A stretch of DNA of 64,000 nucleotides from Malacoraja senta (GCA_038087875.1 CM075990.1:8124001-8188000), one strand, 5' to 3'. Shown: positions 47,976 through 60,590, counted from the first letter of the stretch. A program made the numbers and translations. Notes: a model not told the origin generated them from the letters alone.

Positions 47976-48591
47976 CCTCTCTGTCTCTGGAAACTTGCTC
48001 TGAATGTTTCCCACAGTACAACAATAACTGCTCTTCAGAACCACTTCGTTACTTCTGAAATGCTTTGGAATCTCCTGAGGTTGTGAAATGCGCTACCACT
48101 TATTTATCTGGTCGCATTTCACGTCCTTCACATATCTAGCACTGCTGGTAAATGTTTTAACCCTTAGGCTCTCCTTCCTTTCATTGCCACTCTTTCATTT
48201 TAAATGCCTTCTCAGATTCTGCATCTTCCTCCAAATGCTTTGCTATTTCCTCTTATCTTCTCCGGGAGAAGAGAAAGTAGCAAAGTGTATGGAGGAAGAT
48301 GCAGAACCCAGATTAGCATCAGATATCTATTTTGAAGGAAGATATCTGGTCAGCATCAAGCATTTCATGAGTCTGTTACTTTCTCCCACACAACTGGTGG
48401 ATGTGAGTGAATAATTCAGGTCAAGGGATCTTCTTCAGAACTGGGAAAGGGAGAAGGGAGTGGGAGAGTTGAAGGTGGAGAGTCGACGTCTGCGTTTGGG
48501 TGTAGATCAAAGTTATCCAGAAAACATCAAGGAAAATAAAACCAATTGAAAACAGAAATGTATAACTGCATCTACAGAGAGCGAGAAAACA

Positions 48592-48675
48592 TTACAGGGG
48601 TCCCTGCAACTGTGGAATTCAGCATTGAATCTGTTACAGGGGTCCCTGCAACTGTGGAATTCAGCATTGAATCTG
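48592..48675. repeat. Exact 42-bp tandem duplication
   Basis: ttacaggggtccctgcaactgtggaattcagcattgaatctg x2. Confidence 0.92.
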
Positions 48676-48714
48676 CAGGGATGCAGCATGCCCTGATGGA
48701 AGATATGTTGCTCA

Positions 48715-49292
48715 TAAGCTCATGTTCATAAGTAATAGGAGCGGAATTAGGCCATTCGGCCCATCAAGTCTACTCCGCCATTCAATGATGGCTGATCTAT
48801 CTTTCCCATCTTCAACCCATTTTCCTGCCTTCTCCCCACAACCCCTGACACCCATACTAATTAAGTATCTATCTGTCACTGGCTTAAAAATATCCATTGA
48901 CGGCCTCCACAGCCTTCTGTGGCAAAGAATTCCACAGATTCACCAGCCTCTGACTAAGAAATTCCTCCTCATCTTCTTCCTAAAGGAATGTCCTTTAATT
49001 CTGAGGCTGTGACCTCTGGTCCTAGACTCTCCCACTAGTGGAAACATCCTCTCCACACCCACTCCATCCAGGCCTTTCACTATTCGGTAAGTTTCAATGA
49101 GGTCCCCCCCCAATCCTTCTTAACTCCAGCGAGTACACACCAAGTGCCGTCAAACGCTCATCATATGTTAACCCACTCTTTCCTGGGATCAATTTCTGGA
49201 TCCTCTGCAGCGCCTGCACATCCTTCCTTTGATATGGGGCACAAAATTGCTCACAATACTCCAAATGCGGCTTGACCAGTGCCTTACAGAGC
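48715..49292 (-). mobile_element. CR1 LINE 3' region
   Basis: Peptide LCKALVKPHLEYCEQFCAPY...GVYSLELRR; 3' UTR with cataag-type tail. Confidence 0.88.
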
Positions 49293-49534
49293 AGATGGCC
49301 TGTTCCAGCTCTAATTAAAACTGAACACAGGTTTACTGCAAAGTGGTGAATGGATCTGTGTCTGATTTCTCCATTTTGGAGACCAAACTTACCAACATTA
49401 TCCCCGTGCTGGCCTTGTAAGCACATTTAAATCACAAAATAGCGACAGACCCATTGCCTAATCTGGGTTGATTTTTAAACTCCAAGCAAGCAAACTGTGT
49501 TAATTATACTTCCCTAACTCACTTTCTCACTTTT

Positions 49535-49670
49535 CCAGTTCTGATGAAGGGTCCTTGGTGTGAAACATTATTTGCTCTGCTTCTCTCTGCATGGATGCCG
49601 CCTGTCCTGCTGAGTATCTCCAACATTATTTGTTTCTGTTTTGTATTTCAAAAATCAGCAGCGTTTTGTT
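49535..49670 (+). mobile_element. Older PLE pLTR fragment (CUGAUGA core)
   Basis: ctgatgaagggtcc...gaaacatt followed by ggatgccgcctgtcctgctgagtatctcc. Confidence 0.6.
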
Positions 49671-49774
49671 CCGAATGAGAAAATTATTATTTGGTAAAGC
49701 TTTAAATGAAGAAAAGCTGTACTTTGATTTCCCCTTTATACCGGGGTAGTTTAATGAGAATTACAACACACTTA

Positions 49775-49970
49775 ATGCGTGCACATGCACACGCTTAACA
49801 CACACACACACATGCTTAACACACACATGCACATGCTTAACACACACACACCGAACACACACATGCGTAACACGTGCTTAACACATGCTTAACACACATG
49901 TGCTTCACACACAGACATGCTTAAAACACCCACATCCTTAACATATGCTTAACACAAACATGCTTAACAT
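49775..49970. repeat. Imperfect (CATGCTTAACACA) tandem repeat
   Basis: Recurrent gcttaacac separated by CA runs. Confidence 0.8.
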
Positions 49971-51304
49971 GCAGATCAGCCATGATTGAATGTAGTCTCG
50001 ATGGGCTGAATGGCCTAACTCTGCTCCTATGATTTATGAACCTATGAAGGAAGCCAGTCAGCTCGTGATACCTGGGCCAACGCAATTGAAAGAGCCACCT
50101 GGTTATTTCTACCTATCCTCTTTAGATCAGCATTTATTTTATTTTTCAAATGCATAACCGGTTTCCTTCTAAACGTTAATATTGAATCTGCTTTCATGAG
50201 TTTGGTCACTGAACCAGCTGTCGGTGGGACTTCCAATTCATCGCTGCTAGCTGTGGTGACCATATAGCCACAGACACTGCGCTTGAAAGTAAGTCATCAT
50301 TAGCCATGCATCTTGACCTTTAATAAATGTGCAGTCATCCCGCTGTGACACCAGTATGTTTACCTGAGCTCCAGTATTTCCCTAATATTAACAACTTTCT
50401 GCTTACTTTGTAAATATCTCCTAATTAGTTGATGACTTTATAATTGCGACTGATCTGCCCCAGGCCTCACCACAATTTTTTTCTGTGCCAGTCCCCATAG
50501 TGCTCAATCTTTCAACAATTGTATCTATTACTTCTTTAAATACCCCCACCACGGTCCGGGGCTAAGAATTCCAGACATTCGCACCCCCAACTATGACTGT
50601 GCAACTTTGCTTTAAAGGTTCACTTTGTATCTGCCTTGTTTTCATCTTGCGACCATGTTCCTCTTATTCAAATTTATCCCACCCACGCAGAACATAGAAA
50701 AGTACAGCATATGGACAGGCCCTTTGACCCACAATCTCAATGCTGGAGATGGTCTTGGGTAATGCTAATCGGGCTGATTGATGCAAGTTATGTTGTGGGC
50801 TGACTGGAATGAGCCACGGACTCAATGGATCCGAGACTTTCTCTCCAGCTGCTTTTGTTTCAGCCCTTTGACAAATTGTAACTTGATGCACTGCTGTTCA
50901 GTTTCACTACCCCTCCATTACGCCGCCCTCAACGAGGCTGACCAAATTGGCATCATTAGTCGCTTTTAAATCTCTCGAGGGGGAGCCCAGATTGTCAAAG
51001 CATAAACAAAGGCTTCTGGTGCTGTTGGGCAGATCTCTACACTACCACGTCTGATTCACTCACTGATCAGCTTGTGGCAGTGATGAGACTGCACTCTCTC
51101 CAAATGGGACTCTCACACCCTCTGCAGGGTGTAAAGACATTGAGGACATTTGTCATGTTGTACCATAACTGGGCCTTGAGTCTGTAGTCGCCCAGTGACT
51201 GTGGTAAAGAGGAATGGTAGCAAGGTTAATCCTCCCCTCTGTGTATAGGCTGCAGGTCAGTGTCCAAAAATGGGTATGTGAAGAATACATTACTGTATAT
51301 GGGG

Positions 51305-51720
51305 GAATGGTCTGGTAAGGTACATTATTTGTCACGTGTACCCAGGTACAGTGAAATACATTTTTGTATACAGTTCTGTACAAGTATCACTATATATAAG
51401 CACTTAGAAACATATTAGATAAGCATCTCAGATGCAGTACAAGTGTATAGCAGTAGTACACTGAGAGAGTATACAGAGCGGCCAGTTTCAAGTCCCTGTT
51501 GTTGTAAGTTCATGCATCTTGACCTGACCATGAAGGTCCGTTGCCCTGGCGTTGTTGCAGGGTCGGCCTGGCCAAGCACGGCCTTTGGTGTCCTCCGCCG
51601 CTGCTCCACCGCTGTAGGCGGTGTCTGGTCCACGTGCTCGGCCACTTGGAGCGGCGCCCGGTCCAACCGAGCCCCAGGCAGCTGCAGGGCCTCCAGCAGT
51701 TCACTTCCACATTGAGGCCA
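51305..51720 (-). mobile_element. Unclassified retroposon with Rex1-type tail (second copy)
   Basis: Reverse-complement match to 47340-47975; tttgtcacgtgtacccaggtacagtgaaa tail. Confidence 0.6.
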
Positions 51721-52087
51721 AGGAATATGATGCTCCGGTGTAGAGACACATGCGATTGCAGATGCTGGAATCAAGAACAAAACACAAAGTATGGGATGAA
51801 CTCAACGGGTCAGGCAGCATCACTTGAGGCAATAGACAGACGATGATTCGGAGTGGGACCTTTCTTCAGACCGACAGACCAAGTTTCAGGTTGGGACCCA
51901 TCTTTAAGTTTAGAGTGTACCCTTTGCCAATTCTCAAGCGAATGTTCGTGCATTTATTTCATGTCAAACTTGCTCATATGAAAATTTTATTGCAGTTATT
52001 ACATAATTACAGAGTTTAAATCCAGGTGGGATTTAGTTCTGGAGAGCAGCTCAAGCAGCTCAAGTTTCCTATTTTTCACCCAGTAGT

Positions 52088-52375
52088 TTTGTTTACTTTA
52101 GAGAAAATGCACAGAAGTTGGCCCTTCGGCCCATCGATTCTGCACTGACCAGCGATCCCCGCACACTAATACTATCCTACACACACTAGGGACAATTTAC
52201 GATGTTACCAAGCCAATTAGCCTACCAACATGTACATCTAAACAGGAGCACCCAGAGAAAACCCACACAGGTCACGGAGAGAACGCACAAGCTCCATATA
52301 GACCGCGCCCGTAGTCAGAATCAAACCCGGGTCAGTAAGGCACTGTCAGGCAGCAACTCTGCCACTGTGCTGCCC
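52088..52375 (-). mobile_element. tRNA-derived V-SINE (HE1-like)
   Basis: Reverse complement of the SINE body. Confidence 0.8.
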
Positions 52376-52989
52376 AGCTTGGCATAACCATAATTCGAGC
52401 ACAAGCCAGAGAAAGTGGGGAAATGGACGTAAACATGAGAAGAATTGTCAAGCTTAATTTCAGACTAATTCATATATTTGCAGATATACATGTAGGAAGC
52501 TTATTATTGCATATGGAGTTAGTTATTGTCCTTGGCATAGGTGCATATAAGCAGCTTGATACTACCTTGGCTTTGGGCTTTGGATATCTTGGTTGAGTGA
52601 TTGTCCTGTTTTTATAGCACAAGTATGTGTTTTTAATAGTAATTTAATTTATATTTGTAGAAAGGTGCTGAGTTAAATTTGAGTTATTGTTGTGTAGCAA
52701 AGACGTAAATGAAAAAATACATAACATTTATTGGTATACAGACAAGCGGAAATTTATAGCGCAGATAAAGGTCAATCCAATATTTGGATCTGTACCAAGT
52801 CTTTGGTCGAAGAATCTCAAACTAATCTTACTTTTCCCTAAAGCATTGTATCAATCCCAAAACAATCCCATTGTTCCACTCTATCATTAGTCACAAACTA
52901 ATCCCACTAGCCCACTTTATCCCCAGAGTACCATATTAGTCCCACTGTAATCCCACTCCCCTACTCTCTCCCCAGAGGTCTGAATCATA

Positions 52990-53310
52990 CCAGAGTCAGA
53001 GTGTTACATTGCGGAAACAGGCCTTTCAGAACAACTTGCCCACACCGGCCAACACGTCCCAGCTACACTAGTCCCACCTGCTTGCGTTTGGTCCATATCC
53101 CTCCAAACCTGCCCTATCCATGTACTTGTCTAACTGTTTCTTAAACGTTGGGATAGTCCCTGCCTCAACTACCTCCTCTGGCAGCTCGTTCCAGACACCC
53201 ACCATCCTTTGTGTGAAAAGGTTTCCCCTCAGATTCCTATTAAATCTTTTCCCCTTCACCTTAAACCTATGTCCTCTGGTCCTCGATTCATCTACTCTAG
53301 GCAAGAGACT
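52990..53310 (-). mobile_element. CR1 LINE 3' end
   Basis: Peptide SRTRGHRFKVKGKRFNRNLRGNLFTQRMVGVWNELPEEVVEAG; closely similar to 42560-42925. Confidence 0.9.
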
Positions 53311-53817
53311 CACTCCTCCAAATCCTCTGCTTTATTCTGTTTGAACTCTGTGGCACATTCCAGTGAATGGACATTTAGGAAATTGTTGAACAGAAAACTA
53401 AGCAATCGCATTTGAGTATTTTTCAAACTAACGTGATTGCATACTGAGCCTGGGTGATTTACTCTGAACGTGCAAGTTGAAGCCATTACTTTAGTAACAG
53501 CACCAGTCCCAATACTGTCACGTTCTATCCTTGGTACAGCTAAATGTTCAACATCTACCTAGAAGCAACAAAAACCTGCAAGCCATTTGCAATGAATTCT
53601 TGCCTTTGAAGTGGGCAAATGATGCAAAATTGTCACCGAGGGAACATTTTAAAAAACATGTCCAGGTCATTACAGAGACCGTCCATTTCCACCTCTGTAA
53701 ATCCCCCCAGCTTCGTCCCTTCCTCTCTGTATTTGCTGCTGAAACTCTTGGGTGATACCTCGAACAATTTCTCATTTCCAACCCGTTGTAAACTTAAACA
53801 AAAGTAGAAAACCTATC

Positions 53818-54006
53818 AGGTTAGGAACCATCATGACCTGGTGCATGAAGGTTAGGCACCATCATGACCTGGTGCATGAAGGTTAGGCACCATCATGACC
53901 TGGTGCATGAAGGTTAGGCACCATCATGACCTGGTGCATGAAGGTTAGGCACCATCATGACCTGGTGCCTATCACGTTAGGCACCATCATGACCTGGTGC
54001 ATGAAG
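53818..54006. repeat. 31-bp minisatellite, six copies
   Basis: Unit aggttaggcaccatcatgacctggtgcatga. Confidence 0.95.
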
Positions 54007-54432
54007 GAAAGTGAAAGAGAAATGGTCAAAGTTTTGGGCCCTTGGTCTCCTGTCTGTTCCCACTGATCCACTCTATCATTAGTCATAAACTAATCCCACT
54101 ACCCCACTTTATCCTCAGAGTACCATATTGGACCTCACCATAGATGGTCCTCACCAACAGTAACATTCTGTTGCTGCTATTGTAACCAATTTGTCACAGT
54201 TTTGAAGGACTTTTTGTGGCTTTGATCCACCTGTCATTGTAGTCGCCATCTCTATAAACACTCATATTTCAATGCTTCTCCACTGCTATCCCCTTGCTTA
54301 GCCATGAGTTGCTCTGTTACTGATAGCCACCTCTTCACCTGCCAAGACTCTAAACTCTATGCTTCCATCATAATACATTCATTTGTGGTGTATACAGACT
54401 TGATGTGTTACCCATGCAACAACATCGTCAGG

Positions 54433-54673
54433 GAAGATGCTGGAGAATCGAAGGTAGAGAAAATTGCTGGAGAAACTCAGCGGGTGCGGCGTGCCTTCTG
54501 GCTCCTCCTCTTCCTTTCTTCTTCCCCCCCCACCCTGCATCAGTCTGAAGAAGGGTTTTGGCCCAAAACGTTGCCTATTTCCTTCGCTCCATAGATGCTG
54601 CCGCACCCGCTGAGTTTCTCCAGCAATTTTGTGGTCCTTCGATTCTCCAGCATCTGCAGTTCCTTCTTGAACA
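54433..54673. mobile_element. PLE-derived inverted element (second subfamily)
   Basis: Arms agatgctggagaatcgaagg...ctggagaaactcagcgggtgcggc / gccgcacccgctgagtttctccag...ccttcgattctccagcatct; degenerate core at 54545. Confidence 0.82.
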
Positions 54674-55499
54674 TTTTACTCAAGTATGGGATGATCTGCC
54701 GGGATATAAATGCAAAACAAAGGTTTCACTGCATCTTACTACAAATGACAAAAATAGAAGAATAAAAGAATAAAAGGCATACTTGAGTAAAACAGGTTGC
54801 GCAAAAGAGAAAATGACCAGGGTGCAGAATAGAGTGTTACAGCTACAGAGAAAGTGCGGTTAGTAAAAAGTGCAAAGGTTGCTTGGAAGGTGTGGAATAC
54901 ATCGTGAGGAAATGAGTGGTCTGTTCATCACTCCGATACCAGTGGGGATGAAGCGGTTCTTGAATCTGGTGGTGTGTGCCCTTTGCCTGAAAGGAGAGAG
55001 GTGAAGAGAGAAAATGCCCTTCAGAATATATGCTCCGCAGAAAAAACATTTGCAACTTCAGCCGGGAACATTTGAGCAGGGAAGTGTTGTGTGTAAGCGA
55101 TCCATCCTGTTGGTGTTTAGTGAGACACAGCTGAAACGTAGCAGGAGCGCTCGTTAGTGTAATAGCCAATCTTTAGGAAAACTATTTACTGCTATGCATG
55201 GTCACACATTCCCAGACATCCATTGATCAATGCCTCAAAATCCCACTGGGGTGCACTCTCCTAAGGCAAGGCTGGCAGGAGCCTGCTCTGTATGATTAAA
55301 GGTAGAAGTGATTGTACGGTGCTTGTACATTGCTTCTGTTTAACCTTATGAGGAGGAGACCTGCCTACCTGCAGCCAACGGAAAGAAAAACTCCAGCATT
55401 TTGAGTCTATCTTCGGTTTAAACCAGCATCTGCAGTTCCTTCCTACACATTTTGTCTGCTCCACTGCAAAATCTCCTCAAGGTATGTCTACTTTGAAGA

Positions 55500-56218
55500 A
55501 GATAGACACAAAATGCTGGAGTAACTTAGCGAGCCAGGCAGCATCCCTGGAGAGAAGGAATGGGTGACGTTTCGGGTCGAGACCCTTCTTTGAAGAAGTT
55601 CTCCACCTCCGACGAGGGTTCTGCAACACCCTCTCTCACTGCTGATTCATTCATTTGTTCCAAATCTCTCTACATCATCATCTATATATCTCTTGGTTCC
55701 CTTCCCCATGACTTTCAGTCTGAAGAAGGGTCTTTTTTTTTTCTTTTTTTTTTAAAAAATGTTTTTTTTTTTTTTTTTTAATTTGTATTTTATTAGAAGT
55801 ACATTACATTACAACCACATACATTAGTACTTGTCATTTATATCTTCTTACAATTAATGTACTCCATTTATTTTTTACACTAGAAAAGGAAAAGATTGAA
55901 AGAAAGAAGAAAGTGAAGGAAAAAGTAGAAGTGTAGGAAATGTGACAACAAAAAAGGACAAAGACCCTATAAGAGCAAAATTAAAAACAAAAGAAAAAGA
56001 GTTAAGAAATAGACCCTAGGAAAAAAAGAAAGAGAGAAAGAGGAAAAAGAGAGAAACAAATATTTTTATGAGCATTATGCAAAATGGACATACCAACTCT
56101 TCAACTATCATCCCCCCTTACCTGAAGAAGGGTCTTGACTCAAAATGTCACCCATTCCTTCTCTCCGGTGATGCTGCCTGTCCCACTGAGTTACTCCAGT
56201 ATTGTATGTCTATCTTCA
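55500..56218. mobile_element. PLE-derived inverted element disrupted by a poly(A) retro-insertion
   Basis: Left arm 55500-55590, right arm split at the core (55720 and 56122). Confidence 0.8.
55735..56121 (-). mobile_element. Poly(A)-tailed retro-insertion, probably an L1/Tx1 3' UTR
   Basis: Poly-T run on plus strand, minus-strand AATAAA just upstream of the tail, 15-bp duplication ctgaagaagggtctt (55720-55734, 56122-56136). Confidence 0.75.
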
Positions 56219-56949
56219 AAGAAAAACCTCACAGGGCAGCAATTAGAGTAACGGTGGAAGTAGTGAAATACAGGGGGGGAATACTGAGCTGGTGACTTGC
56301 GATCAGCGGATGCAGGTAAAAGTGTGGTTGAAGCCAAAATGAGTGCAATTTAACTGAACTTTGCTGGGTTGATTATAAACCATGAAACTGGCATTCCACA
56401 TCTTTATTGACCGTAGCATTCGTTACAACTATGCTCACGTCTGAGTCAAACAACTTATTATTTCTGCTGGCCGCTCCATGGTTGCCTTGAAATTTCAGGG
56501 TTTCCCCTTGAGCTGATGCAGGTTTTAAGGTGTTGGAAGGAACTTGATCAGTGCGGGTGTCAGGGGAAATGGGGAGAAGGCAGGAGAATGGGGTAATGAG
56601 GGAGTGTAGACTTGGTGGGCCGAATGTCCTAATTCTGCTCCTATTTCTCATGACCTTAACTGCAGATGCTGGTTTACACCGAAGATCAATGCCAAATGCT
56701 GGAGTAAGTCAGGCAGCATCTCTGGAGAGAAGGAATGGGTGACGTTTTGGGTCAAGACCCAAGGGTCACGCAGGTTTTAAGGTGTTTGGGCACCCATGGA
56801 GAATGGAAAGGAATTTGTCAATGTTGCCCAAAGATGGTGAAGAAACTGTGAGATATGTCTGACTCATAATAATGTATAACTTGTAGATAAGGTTGCTAGT
56901 TATTTGTGAAGAACTGTGAAAGACTGAGGCGAAGTTGACCAGATACAAT

Positions 56950-57310
56950 TGATGGGACACTTGATAGAGCTGCTGCCTCACAGTATTGGAGACCAAGATC
57001 TAATCCTGACCTCACCATGCCGTTGGTGTGGAGCTTGCATCTTCTTTCCGTGAACACATGGGTTTCCTCCAGGAGCTCTGGTTTCCTCCCACATCTCAAA
57101 GAGTTGGTGGGTTAATTGGCCACTGTAAATTGCCCTGGTGGATTAGTGAATGGTAGAAACTAAGGCTAGTTGGTGTGAATGTGGGGAAAATTAATAAGAG
57201 GGATTAATGTAGGATTAGTTTACTTTGGTGTTTAGTTTAGCTTCGGGTGATTGAGGGTTGGTGACTCAGTGGGCTGAAGGGCGTGCCCATGATGTATCTC
57301 TCTGTGACTC
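56950..57310 (+). mobile_element. Older V-SINE
   Basis: gctgctgcctcacag head; V-domain gtggagcttgcatcttct...gggtttcctccagg. Confidence 0.7.
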
Positions 57311-57384
57311 TAATTCTTGTCGTGAATGCAGATTTTGTGTCTCTAACATGTCTGAAATGAGTCAACTGTTTTTGACCCAATGTA

Positions 57385-57733
57385 TCTCTAATATCAAGTA
57401 ACCCTTGCTTTCTCTCTCTCTCCGTCCCTCCCCAGTTCTCCGACTAGTTCTCACTGTCCTTCTGATTAATTTTACTGATTGTATGCCTCCTTGTCACCTT
57501 CTCCTCAGCTGACAATGAACCATTCTTCATCATCTGCTTTGATCTTTCATTTTCACCCTTTACCCTTCCATATCTCTAGATTCCCTCTCCCCTGACTCTC
57601 ATGAAGGGTCTCGACCCCGAATCGTCACCCATTCCTTCTCTCCAGAGATGCTGCCTGTCCCGCTGAGTTACTCCGGCATTTTGTGCCTATCTTCACAAAG
57701 TGTAAACCAGCATCTGCAGTTCCATCCTACACA
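57385..57733 (+). mobile_element. PLE 3' UTR/pLTR
   Basis: Begins at the GIY-YIG stop context (tctaatatcaagtaacc), has a degenerate core near 57601, ends gcagttccatcctacac. Confidence 0.78.
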
Positions 57734-57890
57734 TTTCCCACATATTTGTTTGTGCTCAAGTAATCATGTATTCTGCAAGTTACATGGCCCATGGTGACTT
57801 CACCTTCCCCAAAGTCCCTGATTTAGATCTTTTAATATGGGAGAAATTGGGAATGCTTGGAGTGAGACACAAAGTATTTAGGAATCATCA

Positions 57891-58730
57891 AAGATAGTCA
57901 CAAAATGCTGGAGTAACTCAGCGAGACAAGCAGCATGCGTGATGTTTTGGCTCGAGACCCTTTTTCAGTCTGAGGGTCAGGGGAGAGGGAGACACAGAGA
58001 TAAGGAAGGGTAAGGTACAAAAATGAGACATCAAAGGGGATGCAGATCAAGGAAAATGTAGAATAGATCATTGTTAGCTAGGAGAAGGTGACAACGAAGT
58101 ATACAGAGATAACATTACCTCGTTACCCACACCAAATCCTGGCACCACATCACCCCAGTTCTCAAAGAACTTCACTGACTTCCCATTTCCCACCGGATCA
58201 CCTACCAAATCCTGGTCCTCACCTACAAAGCCCTCAACAACCTGGCCCCCCCTTATCTCATTGACCTCCTCTCCCCCTACCAACCCTCACGGTCCCTCAG
58301 ATCCACATCAGCTGGTCTCCTCTCCACTCCGAAATCAAACCTCTGCACTTTTGGAGGCAGAGCCTTCTCCAGGGCAGCTCCAAGGCTCTGGAATTCCCTC
58401 CCACAACCGGTCCGAAATTCTGAGTCCCTCACCATCTTCCAGTCCCGCCTCAAGACCCATCTCTTCACCTCTGCATACCCTTAGTCCCATGTTCCCCTCC
58501 CCTCTGTCTTACTGCTCTATTTTGTTTTGTTTATTCCTGACTCTCAATTGTAAAGCGACTTTGAGTCCTGAAAAGCGCTATGTAAATAAAATCTATTATT
58601 ATTATTATTAGCATTAAATCAGGGGGGCAGTCAGACTGGTCGGAAAACTAGGAAGGGGGAGAAATGGAGAGAGAGGGAGAGCAAGGGTTAGTAAAAATTA
58701 GAGAAGTCAATATTCATACTGCTGGGGTGT
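57891..58730 (-). mobile_element. PLE 3' end on the minus strand, interrupted by L2
   Basis: Minus strand at about 58695-58732 encodes LHPSSMNIDFSNF (GIY-YIG terminus); pLTR arm at 57891-57970. Confidence 0.75.
58117..58610 (+). mobile_element. L2-clade LINE 3' end
   Basis: Peptide HITPVLKELH*LPI...YKALNNLAPPYL...RAFSRAAPRLWNSLP...SRLKTHLF; 3' stem-loop agcgactttgag...aaaagcgct; (TAT)n tail. Confidence 0.9.
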
Positions 58731-59348
58731 AAACATGAGGAATCTTCAGTTTTGTGAGAGAGATCTGTTTTTGTTGTGTTGCAGATAAGATTTTCATGAT
58801 ACACATCTCCTGCTTGCAGTGCAGAGAGGTGATGCAGAATGTGTTGTGATTTAGAAGGCACCAAGTGATTTTACTCTTGATAGGTACAATGGATGAGGCA
58901 ATCACACTTCAATAGATGGCACAAGCTGAGAACAATCCCAGAGAGACCGCTTGCAAGTTTTACACCAGCCAACAGCAAAAATGTAATCCCGCTGATGCAA
59001 ATAGCAAAATCAAAACCCATATTATGAAGGATGGCAGTCTCGATTGAAGCCTGGAGAAAGATTACACTACGTATGAGCTATTTAGGCTGAGAGAGAACCT
59101 CATCAAAGTAAATGGTAGGTGGTAGATGTGAAACTTAGCAAGAGATTTCAACCAAAAGTATAAAAATACAAATTCCAACATGTATTCCAAATCCGACCTT
59201 CAGTTGTACCCAGTTAGTTGCATTAATGTGGATTATAATGTCATTGTGGTATAATTTCCCTTCATTGGAGGCTGACTGATGCAGAATTGATTTTAACCTA
59301 TAATGAGTGCCTTGATTCTGCATATAAAGGTTGGATAGGGGTTCGTTA

Positions 59349-59792
59349 TCATAGAAACATAGAAAATAGGTGCAGGAGTAGGCCATTCGGCCCTTCGAGC
59401 CTGCACCGCCATTCAATATGTCATGGCTGATCATCCAACTCAGTATCCTGTACCTGCCTTCTCTCCATACCCCCTGATCCCTTTAGCCACAAGGGCCACA
59501 TCTAACTCCCTCTTAAATATAGCCAATGAACTGGCCTCAACTACCTTCTGTGGCAGAGAGTTCCAGAGATTCACCACTCTCTGTGTGAAAAATGTTTTTC
59601 TCATCTTGGTCCTAAAGGATTTTCCCTTTATCCTTAAACTGTGACCCCTTGTCCTGGACTTCCCCAACATCTGGAACAATCTTCCTGCATCTAGCCTGTC
59701 CAACCCCTTAAGAATTTTGTAAGTTTCTATAAGATCCCCCCTTAATCTTCTAAATTCTAGCGAGTACAAGCCGAGTCTATCCAGTCTTTCCT
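59349..59792 (-). mobile_element. CR1/HER1 LINE 3' end
   Basis: Peptide EERLDRLGLYSLEFRRLRGDLIETYKILKG...FFTQRVVNLWNSLPQ; catagaaa tail; near-identical to 17039-17490. Confidence 0.92.
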
Positions 59793-59809
59793 CTTCATCG
59801 GACTCACGA

Positions 59810-60068
59810 CAGCACCATGGATGTGCTGAGCTCAGGTGCTGACTGTGTGGAGTTTGCATGCTCTCCCTACGATCACGTGGGTTTCCTCTGGGCGGTCCTG
59901 TTTTGATAGGTTAAATGGCCTCACTCTGTAAGTTGGATCTAGCGTGCAGGTGAGTGGTTAATCTGAGGGGTGTTGATTGGGAATATGGGGTTCGTGTACA
60001 TGGGTGCTCGGTGCTCAGCGTGAACTCATTGAGTTGAAGGCCTTGTATCACCGTTGCATGACTCTATG
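59810..60068 (+). mobile_element. Older V-SINE fragment
   Basis: V-domain tgtgtggagtttgcatgctctccc...gtgggtttcctctggg. Confidence 0.65.
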
Positions 60069-60120
60069 ACAGTAAAATATCAGCAGCGTCAGATGATCAT
60101 GCCAGACAACTACGCGATCT

Positions 60121-60590
60121 CCGGTTACCAAACATTTAAACTCCCTTTCCCATTTCCACACTGACTTTTCTATCTTGGGCCTCCTCCACCGTCAGAGTAA
60201 GGCCACATGCACATTGGAAGATGATCACCTCATATTTCACTTGGGCAGCTTACAACCCAGCGATATGAACATTGATTTCTCTCATTTCAAGTAACCCTAA
60301 CACTCCCTCCCTCCCCTTTCCCCCAACCTGGTCGTCCTACTAGTTCACTGTGCACATCCCTGTATCCCTTCATTATCACCTCTTCCCCCAGCCAACAATG
60401 TACCATTATGGGCCCTACTGTTCCTTGATCATCTGTTGCTGGCCCTGCTTTATTCTGGCCTTTTGTTAACTCCAGTTCCCTCCTCTCTACTTTCAGTCTG
60501 AAGAAGGGTCCCGACCCGAAACGTCACCCATCCTTTTTCTCCATAGATGCTGCCTGACCCACTGAGTTATTCCAGCATTTTGTGTCTAAT
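60121..60590 (+). mobile_element. Penelope-like element 3' end: GIY-YIG C-terminus, 3' UTR/pLTR and hammerhead
   Basis: 60121-60294 translates PVTKHLNSLSHFHTDFSILGLLHRQSKATCTLEDDHLIFHLGSLQPSDMNIDFSHFK*; arm follows the core. Confidence 0.87.
60498..60525 (+). ncRNA. Minimal hammerhead ribozyme core in native pLTR context
   Basis: CUGAAGA-A-GGGUC-CC-GACCC-GAAA-CG-UC; proximal stem I is short (GU/AC). Confidence 0.65.

Noticed and set aside
53818..54006. CRISPR-like palindromic 31-bp repeats
   Set aside because: No unique spacers, no cas genes, vertebrate context.
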